From Octopus bimaculoides (lineage: Eukaryota): DNA of 64,000 bases. Below the pieces are notes generated by a model. The model had not been told where the DNA came from. It saw only the letters and a program-made list of their open reading frames with translations, and made no database searches. A program made the position numbers and the translations under genes. Location of the stretch: NCBI RefSeq assembly GCF_001194135.2, contig NC_068984.1:126270426-126334425 (forward strand), written 5' to 3'. Positions 49,935 to 63,584 of the stretch are shown here, piece by piece (the stretch's first letter is position 1; each line of letters begins with the position of its first letter).

Positions 49935-50859
49935 NNNNNNNNNNNNNNNNNNNNNNNNNNNNNNNNNNNNNNNNNNNNNNNNNNNNNNNNNNNNNNNNNN
50001 NNNNNNNNNNNNNNNNNNNNNNNNNNNNNNNNNNNNNNNNNNNNNNNNNNNNNNNNNNNNNNNNNNNNNNNNNNNNNNNNNNNNNNNNNNNNNNNNNNNN
50101 NNNNNNNNNNNNNNNNNNNNNNNNNNNNNNNNNNNNNNNNNNNNNNNNNNNNNNNNNNNNNNNNNNNNNNNNNNNNNNNNNNNNNNNNNNNNNNNNNNNN
50201 NNNNNNNNNNNNNNNNNNNNNNNNNNNNNNNNNNNNNNNNNNNNNNNNNNNNNNNNNNNNNNNNNNNNNNNNNNNNNNNNNNNNNNNNNNNNNNNNNNNN
50301 NNNNNNNNNNNNNNNNNNNNNNNNNNNNNNNNNNNNNNNNNNNNNNNNNNNNNNNNNNNNNNNNNNNNNNNNNNNNNNNNNNNNNNNNNNNNNNNNNNNN
50401 NNNNNNNNNNNNNNNNNNNNNNNNNNNNNNNNNNNNNNNNNNNNNNNNNNNNNNNNNNNNNNNNNNNNNNNNNNNNNNNNNNNNNNNNNNNNNNNNNNNN
50501 NNNNNNNNNNNNNNNNNNNNNNNNNNNNNNNNNNNNNNNNNNNNNNNNNNNNNNNNNNNNNNNNNNNNNNNNNNNNNNNNNNNNNNNNNNNNNNNNNNNN
50601 NNNNNNNNNNNNNNNNNNNNNNNNNNNNNNNNNNNNNNNNNNNNNNNNNNNNNNNNNNNNNNNNNNNNNNNNNNNNNNNNNNNNNNNNNNNNNNNNNNNN
50701 NNNNNNNNNNNNNNNNNNNNNNNNNNNNNNNNNNNNNNNNNNNNNNNNNNNNNNNNNNNNNNNNNNNNNNNNNNNNNNNNNNNNNNNNNNNNNNNNNNNN
50801 NNNNNNNNNNNNNNNNNNNNNNNNNNNNNNNNNNNTTCCAACTCACATTTGCCACCCCA

Positions 50860-50926
50860 CCTCTAGCAGCAGCAACACCACCACCACCCTTACTACTACT
50901 ACTACCACCACCACCTGCACCATCCT

Positions 50927-50959
<33 letters not shown>

Positions 50960-51080
50960 CATCACCGCCTATATCATCCTTACTACTGCTACCATCACCA
51001 CCTACATCATCCTTACTACTACTACCCCCATCCCCACTACTACTACTACCCTCACCCCATCCCCACTATCTCCCTACTCA
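50860..51080. repeat. (ACT)n/(ACC)n trinucleotide-based repeat
   Basis: Seen directly. Confidence 0.9.
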
Positions 51081-51247
51081 AATAGCATACATAGTCTAAA
51101 GATGCAGAAAGTAAACAAACAAATCAGAATATAATTATGTAATCTTGTAATCTTGCATTCAATTTTAAATGTTTTGTTAAGTGTTTATTCCTCATGTTTT
51201 GTTGTTGTTGTTGTTCTATCTTTTACAGCAGAGAACCGAAGAGAAAG

Positions 51248-51352
51248 ATGTTACGTGTTGCTTTAGGAACAGCTGTTACCGTGGCGCCAATGGTAATCTT
51301 CTTCCATGACAATATAGGTTTCATTGCAAAAGTTGAAGGAGCATCAATGCAG
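51248..51352 (+). CDS. IMMP2L: Mitochondrial inner membrane protease subunit 2 (peptidase S26), first coding exon only
   Basis: MLRVALGTAVTVAPMVIFFHDNIGFIAKVEGASMQ: hydrophobic anchor plus the catalytic Ser motif VEGASMQ. Acceptor TTTTACAG at 51228; donor CAG|GTAAAG directly after Q, matching the vertebrate exon end as recalled. Confidence 0.88.
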
Positions 51353-51509
51353 GTAAAGTAGCATCTTTGTACCAAAGTCCCTGAAATCCAACCCTCTAAA
51401 CCATAACTCCTTATCTCCCATTTTTTATACACCTATACCCCAGATTTTACCCCTGATCTTAACCCTTAGCCCCTTATCCTAACTATTTAACAGACTCTTT
51501 ACTCTTTTA

Positions 51510-51742
51510 CTCTTTTACTTGTTTCAGTCATTTGACTGCGGCCATGCTGAAGCACTGCCTTTAGTCGAGCCAATCGACCCCAGGACTTATTCTTTGTAAG
51601 CCTAGTACTTATTCTATCGGTCTTTTTTGCCGAACCGCTAAGTTACGGGGACGTAAACACATCACCATTGGTTGTCAAGCGATGTTGGGGAGACAAACAC
51701 AGACACACAAACATAGACACACACATACATATATATATATAC

Positions 51743-51773
<31 letters not shown>

Positions 51774-51913
51774 CATATATATGACAGGCTTCTTTCAGTT
51801 TCCGTCTACCAAATCCACTCACAAAGCTTTGGTCGGCCCGAGGCTATAGTAGAAGACACTTGCCCAAGGTGCCACGCAGTGGTTGGTAAGCAAGCTACTT
51901 ACCACACAGCCAC
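51510..51913 (-). mobile_element. SINE family A, near full length
   Basis: Reverse-complement match, with an (AAAGAGT)n-type tail. Confidence 0.85.
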
Positions 51914-52554
51914 TTCAGAACATTAACTAATTATATATGCATTTTTGTATCAAACACTCTTAGATCCAATCTTTTAAGCCCTAACTTCTAATCCTTACCC
52001 TAACTCCTTATTCTAAGTCATAACCCACATCTTTTATACTCGTCTCCTCTTCTTTACTTCTGATCTTAATTCCTAACCCGAAACATGCCACACCCCAGAC
52101 CACATGAATTAACTAATTATATGCAACCATGTTCATTTAAAACTTGCTCTAAAATGTTTATTCGCATTAAAAGAACATACAGTTTTTTAAAATCTTTTTA
52201 TTTGCTGGTCCTGTCATGTTAAGAGAGTGTGAAAGCCAGAGTCTATTAAACTACAAAGACTGTAAGTGACAGTAGCAGAATTAAAATGAGAGTGAGTTGA
52301 AAGATGAAGTGTTTATTACCCTTGTTGGAGTGACATTCTACAAAAGGAGAAAGAGTGAAGAAGAATTAAATTGATAGGAAGTTAGAGTAAGAGATTGGAG
52401 AGATAAAATGAATGTCACCAAGGCTTTTCACTTCAAAATGAAATCGTTTACATCCAGTTGATTGGATGTAAACGATGGCCATGTCATTAGGTGTCATGTT
52501 GAGTTCAGCTAACCCATGACCTGTTGCTCATCTTAAAATTACAGTTTTAAGATT

Positions 52555-52945
52555 TGTTGTTGTTGTTAACACTCCGTCGCTTACGACGTCGAGGGTTCCA
52601 GTTGATCTGATCAATGGAACAGCCTGCTCGTGAAATTAACGTGCAAGTGGCTGAGCACTCCACAGACATGTGTACCATTAACGTAGTTAATGGTGATATT
52701 CAGCGTGACACAGTGTGACAAGGCTGACCCTTTGAATTACAGGCACAGCAAAAACAGGAAGTAAGAGTGAGAGAAAGTTGTGGTGGAAGAGTACAGCAGG
52801 GTTCGCCACCATCCCCTGCCGGAGCCTCGTGGGGCTTTAGGTGTTTTCGCTCAATAAACACTCACAACGCCCGGTCTGGAAATTGAAACTGTGATCCTAT
52901 GACCGCGAGTCCGCTGCCCTAACCACTGGGCCATTGCGCTTCCAC
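52555..52945 (-). mobile_element. SINE family C, full length with TSD
   Basis: tRNA-like head with A box TGGCCCAGTGG; (AAC)n tail; TSD AGTTTTAAGATT on both sides. Confidence 0.92.
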
Positions 52946-54399
52946 AGTTTTAAGATTATGAAGGTAATGAAAAACTTTATATTAAAGTTTATGTTTGTGT
53001 AATTTATTCCATACTCAAATAAACCAAGGTTGTCCTATCTGAGCCCTCAAAAAAGTGGATGTTTGGATTGAAACTGTGAAAAGTAATTTTCTGTTTGCAT
53101 GACATCTCATCATTGGTTTAACATTTACTTTTCATTCTTGCATGTGTTGGACAAAGTTTATTGAAAGAGATTTTCTATGGTATGGAGGGCTGGAAACAAA
53201 TGACACTGATTAGATGATGGTGATGCTTATTTGCAACTATCATGTGTTGTCAAGACAAGGATAGGGACACACACACATAGTGGGCTTCTTTTAGTTTCCA
53301 TCTACCAAATCTACTCATGAAGTTTTGATTGGCCCAGGGCTCATGTAGAACACACTTGCCCAAAGTGCCACATCATAGGACTAAACCTAAAACCATATGG
53401 TTGTAGAGCAGACTTCTTAACTACACAGATATATCATCATTTAGCATCTGCTTTCCATGTTGGCATGGGTTAGACGGTTTGACTGGTGCTAGTAAGCCGG
53501 AGAGCTGCACCAAATTCCAGTCTGATCTGGCATGGTTTCTACAGCTGGATGCCCTTGCTAATGCCAACCACTCCAAGAGTGTAATAGATGCTTTTTATGT
53601 GACACCGGCATTGGCCACAGCTATGGTTTCACTTGGCTTGACAAGTCTTCTCAAGCACGGCATATCACACACACATGCACGCGCACGTGTATTTTTTGTG
53701 TCTCTGGTTAAGCTTATGTTTATACTGGTCTAAAAGCTGGACTTGTAATTTATGTTGTGCTTTCTTTTTTATGTCTCTAGAATAGACAAATAAGTACTGT
53801 GTTGCATATATCTGACCAAAGAGCTTCCAATAATTAGGTTAGAGGAAAGGAAGAGGTTATTCTCCGATCTGAGACCTGGCTTGAATGCTTGCAATAGAAT
53901 AGACTCTACTGAAGACACCTAAGAGCCAAGTGGTGGTGTTAAACAGATAGCCAAAACTATAGTAGATTTGGCTAAGATTCTGTGCTGTGGTATCATACCC
54001 CAAAACCATATAATTACAAAGATCTTAACCACACAGCAATGCCTGTAGCCCAGTGACATAGTTAATAGGAGAGTAAAGAAACAACTGTTGCCCCCTCAAA
54101 GCATATTTTTTCAAAATTGGCGCCTTTTCAACAATTTTTTTTCTTAACTCTTAGTTTCATACATAATGACATGGTTACTGAAACATGAAATTAATGAATG
54201 TAAAATACAATTATGTATATTATCACTAATGAAATATTTCATGTAATAAAAGAGAAATGTGTTAATTGTTTGGTATGTTTCATGGCCCCTTCTGTTTTTT
54301 TTATGTGCTTGATCTCCCCTAACTGGCTCCACCTCTGCTGCCACAATGTATCTTGCTCTCACTCAGCCATCTTCCCCTGTCTTTCTTTCTCCCACTCAA

Positions 54400-55742
54400 C
54401 ACCTTATTTAGTTCTCTCTATTCCCTTTCTCTCTTTCTCCCTCATCTCTTCCTCTTTCTTTCAACTCTCTCTCTCTCCCTCTTTCATTCTCTCACTCAAC
54501 TGTCTTTTTCTCATTCATCTCTCTTGCTCTACATCTTTCTTCTCTCTCAAGTCTCTCTTTCTTTCTTCTCTCTTAACTCTCTCTCTCTCTCAACAATCTC
54601 TCTCTCTCAACAATCTCTCTCTCTCTCAACAATCTCTCTCTCTCTCAACAATCTCTCTCTCTCAACAATCTCTCTCTCTCTCAACAATCTCTCTCTCTCT
54701 TCTCTCTCTCTNNNNNNNNNNNNNNNNNNNNNNNNNNNNNNNNNNNNNNNNNNNNNNNNNNNNNNNNNNNNNNNNNNNNNNNNNNNNNNNNNNNNNNNNN
54801 NNNNNNNNNNNNNNNNNNNNNNNNNNNNNNNNNNNNNNNNNNNNNNNNNNNNNNNNNNNNNNNNNNNNNNNNNNNNNNNNNNNNNNNNNNNNNNNNNNNN
54901 NNNNNNNNNNNNNNNNNNNNNNNNNNNNNNNNNNNNNNNNNNNNNNNNNNNNNNNNNNNNNNNNNNNNNNNNNNNNNNNNNNNNNNNNNNNNNNNNNNNN
55001 NNNNNNNNNNNNNNNNNNNNNNNNNNNNNNNNNNNNNNNNNNNNNNNNNNNNNNNNNNNNNNNNNNNNNNNNNNNNNNNNNNNNNNNNNNNNNNNNNNNN
55101 NNNNNNNNNNNNNNNNNNNNNNNNNNNNNNNNNNNNNNNNNNNNNNNNNNNNNNNNNNNNNNNNNNNNNNNNNNNNNNNNNNNNNNNNNNNNNNNNNNNN
55201 NNNNNNNNNNNNNNNNNNNNNNNNNNNNNNNNNNNNNNNNNNNNNNNNNNNNNNNNNNNNNNNNNNNNNNNNNNNNNNNNNNNNNNNNNNNNNNNNNNNN
55301 NNNNNNNNNNNNNNNNNNNNNNNNNNNNNNNNNNNNNNNNNNNNNNNNNNNNNNNNNNNNNNNNNNNNNNNNNNNNNNNNNNNNNNNNNNNNNNNNNNNN
55401 NNNNNNNNNNNNNNNNNNNNNNNNNNNNNNNNNNNNNNNNNNNNNNNNNNNNNNNNNNNNNNNNNNNNNNNNNNNNNNNNNNNNNNNNNNNNNNNNNNNN
55501 NNNNNNNNNNNNNNNNNNNNNNNNNNNNNNNNNNNNNNNNNNNNNNNNNNNNNNNNNNNNNNNNNNNNNNNNNNNNNNNNNNNNNNNNNNNNNNNNNNNN
55601 NNNNNNNNNNNNNNNNNNNNNNNNNNNNNNNNNNNNNNNNNNNNNNNNNNNNNNNNNNNNNNNNNNNNNNNNNNNNNNNNNNNNNNNNNNNNNNNNNNNN
55701 NNNNCTCTCTCTCTTCTCTCTCTCTCTCTCTTCTCTCTCTCT

Positions 55743-55774
<32 letters not shown>

Positions 55775-55950
55775 ATCTTCTCTCAACTCTCTATCTCTTT
55801 TCTCTCAACTCTCTCATTCAATGCCCTTTCTTTCTCTTCTCATCTATCACCCCCTCTCTATCTTCTCTTTCAATTTCCTTCCTCTCTTTCTTCTCAACTT
55901 CTTTTTCTTCTCACACAACTCTCTTTCTCTCTTCGTTCCTCATTTCCCTA
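54400..55950. repeat. (CT)-rich low-complexity tract with a CAACAAT(CT)n minisatellite, spanning an N gap
   Basis: About five CTCAACAAT(CT)n units at 54585-54700. Confidence 0.9.
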
Positions 55951-58787
55951 TGAAGTTCAGAGCATTATATCAATACCCCACAGATTCCTTTAACTACTCT
56001 CTATCAATACCCTGCCCCTCCCCCTGATTCCTTTAACCCCACCCCCACCCTGTTCCAAAGCTCTCCTCTATTATGAGGTCACATTAATGCATCCTTGCAG
56101 ATATGTCAGCCCAAACCTGACACTTCCATCAAACATCAATTTNNNNNNNNNNNNNNNNNNNNNNNNNNNNNNNNNNNNNNNNNNNNNNNNNNNNNNNNNN
56201 NNNNNNNNNNNNNNNNNNNNNNNNNNNNNNNNNNNNNNNNNNNNNNNNNNNNNNNNNNNNNNNNNNNNNNNNNNNNNNNNNNNNNNNNNNNNNNNNNNNN
56301 NNNNNNNNNNNNNNNNNNNNNNNNNNNNNNNNNNNNNNNNNNNNNNNNNNNNNNNNNNNNNNNNNNNNNNNNNNNNNNNNNNNNNNNNNNNNNNNNNNNN
56401 NNNNNNNNNNNNNNNNNNNNNNNNNNNNNNNNNNNNNNNNNNNNNNNNNNNNNNNNNNNNNNNNNNNNNNNNNNNNNNNNNNNNNNNNNNNNNNNNNNNN
56501 NNNNNNNNNNNNNNNNNNNNNNNNNNNNNNNNNNNNNNNNNNNNNNNNNNNNNNNNNNNNNNNNNNNNNNNNNNNNNNNNNNNNNNNNNNNNNNNNNNNN
56601 NNNNNNNNNNNNNNNNNNNNNNNNNNNNNNNNNNNNNNNNNNNNNNNNNNNNNNNNNNNNNNNNNNNNNNNNNNNNNNNNNNNNNNNNNNNNNNNAAAAA
56701 AAAAAAAGAAAAAAAAGAAAAACTATCAAAATACATATATACATACATATTTATAAATACTACACACATACAAAAAACAAATCTGTTAATTGAAAATATG
56801 AGAAGAAAAAATAATTAATTTATATAATGACACGAATGGGATTGGCTGTCTTTTTATTTTGACAATTGTTATGTTTGATTAATTCTTTGTTAAGTACCCA
56901 ACTCTCTCTTCCTTTCTCTTTCACACTCTTTCTCACTCACACCTTCTCTTACTCTCTTTCCCTCTGTGTACCACACTTTCACTTTCGCTGTCTCCCCCCC
57001 CCCGTCTCTCACTTTCATACTCTCTCCTTCTCTCTCTCTCTCTCTCTGTCTCACTGTAAGATGTTTTATTCTGCCATCAGTTATTGCACACACTTTTAGT
57101 CTTTGTAGCTCTACCATAAGATATCTCTTAACTCTATTAATCTGTATAGACACTATTGGTCTTCACAACTCTGCTATTAATTCTTCCATGTACTTGGCTC
57201 TCCTCTATCTGTCCTTTATAATCCCTTAAAGTATTTCTCTTCTATCAGCTCCCTCTAAATCCATATTCTATTTTTTTTGTTAATTAACATCATCATCATT
57301 GTCACCATCCTTATTGCTATCATCGTTGTAATCACCATTATAACATGCATGCTTTTCATTGCGTGCATAAATCAGATGGAATTCACTGAAGCAGATTTTC
57401 TGTGGCTGGATGCCCTTCCTGCTACTAACCTTCATGTGTTTCCTCATTGCCAGATATATTTTAATGGAAGACTAGAAACAAACAGCACCGCTTGTATGAC
57501 AATGATTCACGTTTACAGCAACTGTGTGATCTCAAGACAAAGAGACACAGATGCACACATAGCGAGACATGCATGCACGCACACACACACATTGAGCTTT
57601 TTTTAGTTTCTGTCTACCAAATTTATTAACAAGACTTTGGTTGGCCTGAAGCTATATTAGAAAACACTTGCCAAAAGTGTTACACAGTGGGAGATGGATC
57701 TAAAGCCATGTGGCTGGGAAGCAAATTTCATAACCATATGTCCAATTCTTCTTCCCTAGAGCATTGATCCCCTCATCCATCAAATTACCTCCTCACGTTT
57801 CCTCTGTTTTTTTCCTGCTGACATCAAACATGATCTATTCAAGTTGAGCAAAAACCCGAAAGGATGAAAGCTAAGTCGACCTCGGAATTTGAACTCAGAA
57901 CGTAAAGACAGACGAAATACCGCTGAGCATTTCGCCCGGTACAATTCTCTAGCTCAGAAGCTCCTGTCAAACCATCTAACCCATGTTAGCATGGAGAAAG
58001 AGACATTAAACGATGATGATGATGATGATGATTGCTTCTCAATATTGAATGTTTTTATTTGCAGAGCAAATATGTCACATTTAATTAACAAAGCAAAAGA
58101 AATTCAAAGATTAAAAAATCCTATCCTATAATCTGGAAATTTGGAGAAATCTTGAAAAAGGAATAATCAAAGAGATGATGTAGTAATAATAGAACAGCAT
58201 ATTGCTGGTGCAGAAATTCTTCATTGCAAAAAGAAATATAAAGATAATACTGCTGGAATTCAAAACATTGCCCATGAATATCGAAATTATGAAATACTGG
58301 ATAATTTAAGAGGCATTCATCATAATTTGACTTTTTAGAATGTTTCTCTTTTCCTCTAATTTCAGATAATGTTAACTCATTACTGCATTTTTCTTTTTTC
58401 TGACTCTGTTTAAAACAACTTAGGTGTGTTTACACTGTAAGAATTTTTAATTCTTTTTAGAAACTTTAATAAATATGAAATAAATTGTTCTTTTCTTTTT
58501 AACAGTGGAACTCAAAAAATAAGAAGTTATAAATAATAGCATGTAAAATATTGGGTTAAAAATCCCCTTGTAGGGAAAAAGATGAAGGCTGCTCCTAGGA
58601 CTCAAACCTACATCTTCTGTGAACATGACAGATTTGCTACCATTATACAAAGCAACTCTTTGAATTTTCTCTATCTGTTTTAGAAGCTTGCATGTTGTTT
58701 ACATCATAAGAATTTAAATTTTTTTTATTGTATTAGAGATCACTGCTGTTGTTGCTCAATGTTAGCTGATGTTACTATTTAAGTTAA

Positions 58788-59008
58788 CCCTTTCATTACC
58801 AACCCGGCTGAAACCGGCTCTGGCTCTGTAGTACAAATGTCTTGTTTTCATAAGTTTTGAATTAAAATCTTCCACCAAACCTTAGTCACAATTTATGTTC
58901 CTAACACTAGTTCAATGATAACTAAGTTATTTTACTAAATTCTTTGTTATATTCAAAGTAATTGAAAGAAACACAGAGCATCTCAAAATAAATACAGTAA
59001 CAAAAGGG
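58788..59008. mobile_element. piggyBac-type MITE
   Basis: TTAA|CCCTTTCATTAC ... GTAACAAAAGGG|TTAA. Related remnants at about 59215 and 59575-59775. Confidence 0.75.
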
Positions 59009-62000
59009 TTAATGCCAGTACTGGTCACTTGTACAAGTAGTTAGTATTGATTGCTGTTGTGTTAATAAATGGTGTTTGATGGCCGTTGTTGCTGTATTAG
59101 TTAGTAGCCATTGGTGGCCAGTGCTACTGTTCATTTAAAATAAATAATAAACAGCTAACTGTAAATATACAGGTTTTTCCAACTGATAACATTTTATGTT
59201 AAAAAAAGATTAACCCTTTTGTGACCAGAGTTCTAATGAAATACACTGATTATGTGTTTCAATTAATTTTGAAAATAATCAATAATTTGGATTTAGTAAA
59301 CTAATTAACTTTGTTATTATTAAGTTGATGTTTGAAATATAACCATATGGTTTTCAGATAAAATTATAATGGAATATTATAATTTAAATTTGAATACTTT
59401 AAAACCAGTAATTTTGTATCGTAGAACCAGGGAAGGTCTCAGGTGAGTTGGTATGCTTCCAAAAAGCCAAATATATCTCTGATCACTTTTTTAAATCACT
59501 AAAAAATACCAAGTTACTGAGTAATATCGTGTTTGAGGAGATTTGCAAAGCACATACACTTCACAAGTTAACCTTTCTATTACAATATTTCTATTGAAAT
59601 ACATTGCCTTTGTTTCAATTAATTCCAAAAATAATGAATTTCGTAACATAACTTGTTATTAAGCTAGTGTTTAGAACAAAAGTTCATACAAAATTTTGAT
59701 GGAGGGATTTTTTAAAAAAAGATAAAATTAAAACAAAAATTTTGCATCATGGAACCAGAGGTGCTCTCTCATAAAGGTTAATGAGGATCTAGTGAAATGC
59801 AATTTTAGATTTAGCAAAGCTGCTGACCTTGCAGTGGATAAGAATCAATGATGATAGTGGATTGGCCAGTATTGAGTGCATGGCATCTCTTACACTGTGT
59901 ACTATTGCTTACGAAAATGGAAGAGGTTAGTGCTCAATACTGATAGCAGTGGCTGCTGTGGTTGGTCAGTACTGGTTGAATCTGCTTTATTATTTAGTGA
60001 TCAATACTGGCTGTAGTTCTTTTGTTAGTTAGTGGACTGTATTGACCACAGCTGCTGCTGTTGTATATTCAGGCTGGAGATGTCCTCCATCAAAATAACT
60101 CCACTTATGATTCTCTTACATTTGGTTATAGTTTTTTGTTAAACCAAATGTTTTGTAAATTTGGTCTGAAACCACAATCTTATGATTTTGAGTCCAACAC
60201 CCTAATCACTTAGCCATGTGCCTCCACGTTACTTTAGTCCACTCAGCTGGTAAAAGTAAGTAATGCTGTGATAGACCAGCATCCAGTCAAGGGAGGAATA
60301 TATATTCCAGAGAAACCAGAAAACTGGCCCTATTTAGATTAATGTGGTCTAATCTAAATTCTTTCATGGAATTTACTGGTTCCCTAGTAGTTCAGTGCAG
60401 TGTAATGGTATATGGATATAGGGGTGGTTGTTGTTGTACAATTTTAGGTCAGTTTTAATCTAACAGTCACATGGTATGCAGTTAGTAATTGGCTGAATGA
60501 TAAAGTATAACTCACAAAGGTATCTTCCCAATTATACCATGTCTCTACCTACCTGAGGACTATACTGCATACTCTAACATTCAGGGAGGAATTGTTCGGA
60601 GTGCAATGTGATAATCTGGATGTGTTGTATTCCCTTCATTGTCTCTGTAGATGCTGGTGGTGCTACAGCAGTTGTAGGCAAAGTGGACTTAGTCAGAACA
60701 TGATGCATACTGTTCACTTGCACTTATTGTTAGTGGTGTGTATTCTAGCACAGCGTTTGGGATGAGTGAGTCTATTGATGTTGCATCTATTTTGTGTACA
60801 TGCTTACTTTATGTTTATCTGAACTGAGAGATAAGGGGGATGGTATTGTACTGGTGTGGTGGTATAGAAGTGCACTAGTTATATGATCATACAGTGGAAC
60901 AATGATATTGTGACACAGTGGTAAGATGTGGTGAGATGGTATTCTAGTTGTATGATGGTGTACTATTGTATGGTAGAACAAAGATGTGATAAGGTAGTTG
61001 TGTACTGATACACTAGTCTGTTGTGGTGATAGAGTGGTGTGGTAATACAATGTGGGATGTACAGTATGGTGACAGACTATGAATATGTAGTAGTGTAGTA
61101 CGGTGGTATATTGGTGTCATGATTATTGTTGTTTCACTCTAAATCAACCCTGATCAAGCTGACTTTTGATAAAAGACATTCCGTCCATGACCACTGACCA
61201 AGAGTATTATTCATCCTCTTATATAGAGTAGAGGTATAGAAGATATGCTACATATAAACATCTTAGGAGTATGTTTATATACATACATAGGCAATTCATC
61301 AATGATGAAATGTTGGGAGTCACATCAGAAGTCAGTCTGCTGGTTTCTGTTCTCAGTTGCTCTGCTCCAGATGTGGGCAGGACAGTCTTAGGAACACTAT
61401 AGGGCCCATGGGGAACTCAATGTACTTGGCCCTGTCGTATTTATTTATTGACAGCATGCCACAACAACAAACATAGTTTTAATCTAGCATTGGGCCCCTA
61501 GACCCATGACTTCTCCCTATCCTCCCTGGCAACTCCCCAATGTGCCTGGGTGTGGATATCAATGTTCAGTTTCTTCATGTTATATTAGCTACATCCATGT
61601 CTCTTAGTCAGTCCCTACCTTATTTTCTACTACCACTAGGCAACTATGAGTGGTGTATTTGTCTTGGTAACTGAGTTTCTTCCATTCTTTGGATGTTCCC
61701 AAGCTAGCTTAGGTCTCATTAAACTAATATCCTTTCCATGCTTGGAAGCTTGGTTTTTCTCTTGGATGGGAGTGTTCTTGATCTCATCTTTCTATTTCAT
61801 GTTTACGATCTGACTTGGGTATTTCATCAGGAATACATGCAATTCTTTGTATGTTTTTGCAGTGTATCATCCATACCTCTGATCTGTATAACAGGGTGGA
61901 TAATATTATTGCTCAGTATACTACTCAGTGAATGCATGTTGTTTAGTGGTTAGGGTATTCGGCTCACAATTGTAAGGTCATGAGTTCAATTCCTGGTGGC

Positions 62001-62348
62001 TCATTGAGTCCTTGAGCAAGACACTGTATTTCACTTTGCTCCAGTCCCACTCAGCTGGCAAAAATGAGTAGTACCTGTAATTCAGAGGGGACATTCTGTG
62101 TCGTGCTGTGTTAAGGGTATGCATGTCTGTGGAGTACTCTGCCACTTGCACATTAATTTCATGAGATCAGATCAACTGGAACCTTCATTACCATAACCGG
62201 CTGAAAGCCGAAACATACTACACAGTTCACATGGGCTGATATATGTTTGTTGTTCTACAGTTGCTCTCTGAACCGTTCGAATTCCAAGCTGACCTTACTC
62301 TTCCTGTAGTCTAATCTATCACTTAGCTCACCATCATTAATGATTGTA

Positions 62349-62576
62349 TTGGGTTGTCTGCAAAGTTTGTGCTGATTTTTAAAGGAAAGAAAAAGGTCAA
62401 TAAATACTTGCGATTACATTTTTAATTAACCATATATAAACCATTTTGTTGCACAATGCATCTCCATCTTTCCTTTAACTTGAAAATACCCTCTTCCCAG
62501 AATTGAGGTGGTTTCATGGCAAATAAGTCGAAAGGTAAGCTACTATAAATCGGCACGAACTTTCCGGACAACCCAA
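62349..62576 (-). mobile_element. mariner-derived MITE retaining the transposase C-terminus
   Basis: About 30-bp TIRs TTGGGTTGTC... / ...GACAACCCAA, with TA on both sides. The minus strand reads FAMKPPQFWEEGIFKLKERWRCIVQQNGLY. Confidence 0.85.
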
Positions 62577-63584
62577 TATTTCCCAGAGAGGTAAAGTGGT
62601 TTGTTTCTACCAGCTCCTTCCCTTTGATAATGGTGAACTCACTTGGCTGAGAAATAACAATTTCCATTCTACCAAATGTTCACTTTCAAGCTGAAATTTG
62701 AGCTTGAACCATCAAAAGCATACACCAAGCATTTGGTAATATGGGTACAATTACCAGCAAACTATTGTCTTTTTCAATATTTCTGTGGTCTTAGTCTTAG
62801 CTTCAAGGTGTAAACTTCATATAGGTTAACATCTTATCTTGTCCTACATGTCTACAACTTTAGTTGATTTGTTGAATGACTTCCTGACCATTGTTTTTTA
62901 GGGATATATTTAGAACTCCATTATCAAGTCTGCCTTTTCCTTATTTAAGGTGGTAAAGTTTTAGTTGAGAGAAATTTGGCTGCTATTTCTAGCAGTTTGT
63001 ACAATTACATGGAGGCTCTCACATTGGCTCAAATGATGTTATAATATATTCAATATCATGTCAAATTGTAATAGTTTGGATACTACCCTGTAGTGTTTAC
63101 CCTTCTCCATTCTTGTAGTACTTCTATTTCTTTTCCTTATCATCCTTGCACCACTCTTCTATTACTCTTGTTTGATCTATTACTCATCCTCCCCCATTTT
63201 AGTCCTATTCTTCTTTTGGGTTACCTCTGTACATTTTCTGTGTTAGCCATCTTCTGCTCCTATTTTTATCTTGTTACCCATTTGTGCATGTATACTTCTG
63301 TTTGTATTCAATATTACCCCTGTTTCTCTCCTTTGGCGTTATCCTTGTTTCTCACTTGTATAAATCCTGTTCCTTTCCTATTCTACTGCCATTTGTTAGG
63401 AGAAGAACATGGATAAGACTGTGTTACACCTGTTCCGCTGATTAACTCCTTTATTTTTAAACCCCTTTCCTTATTCTTCTGCTTACCCCCCTTTTTTTTT
63501 TGCTGCTTCCTCTCTAATCTTTTGCTGTGTTCCTTCTAAACCTCTCTGTATTATCCCTGTTTCTGATTGCATTAATCCTATTCT

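Larger units (their letters stand above)
6250..56695. other. Assembly gaps (major: 6250-6420, 40652-40793, 44130-44595, 49935-50835, 54712-55704, 56143-56695, plus several 10-N gaps)
   Basis: Runs of N; the content is unknown. Confidence 1.

Noticed and set aside
51223-51432. 69-aa minus-strand ORF
   Set aside because: It is the antisense shadow of the + strand IMMP2L exon.
51430-52080. Degenerate CCCTAA-like runs as an interstitial telomere
   Set aside because: They are short, highly degenerate and interrupted by a SINE, so they are low-complexity sequence.
54585-54700. Regularly spaced repeats resembling a CRISPR array
   Set aside because: The spacers are (CT)n rather than unique sequence, and the context is eukaryotic: this is a minisatellite.
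44004-56818. Long ORFs of 160-600 aa
   Set aside because: They are made mostly of X (N gaps) and microsatellite translations.
58060-58340. Open frame QRDDVVIIEQHIAG... considered as IMMP2L exon 3
   Set aside because: It lacks the S26 motifs and convincing splice sites.
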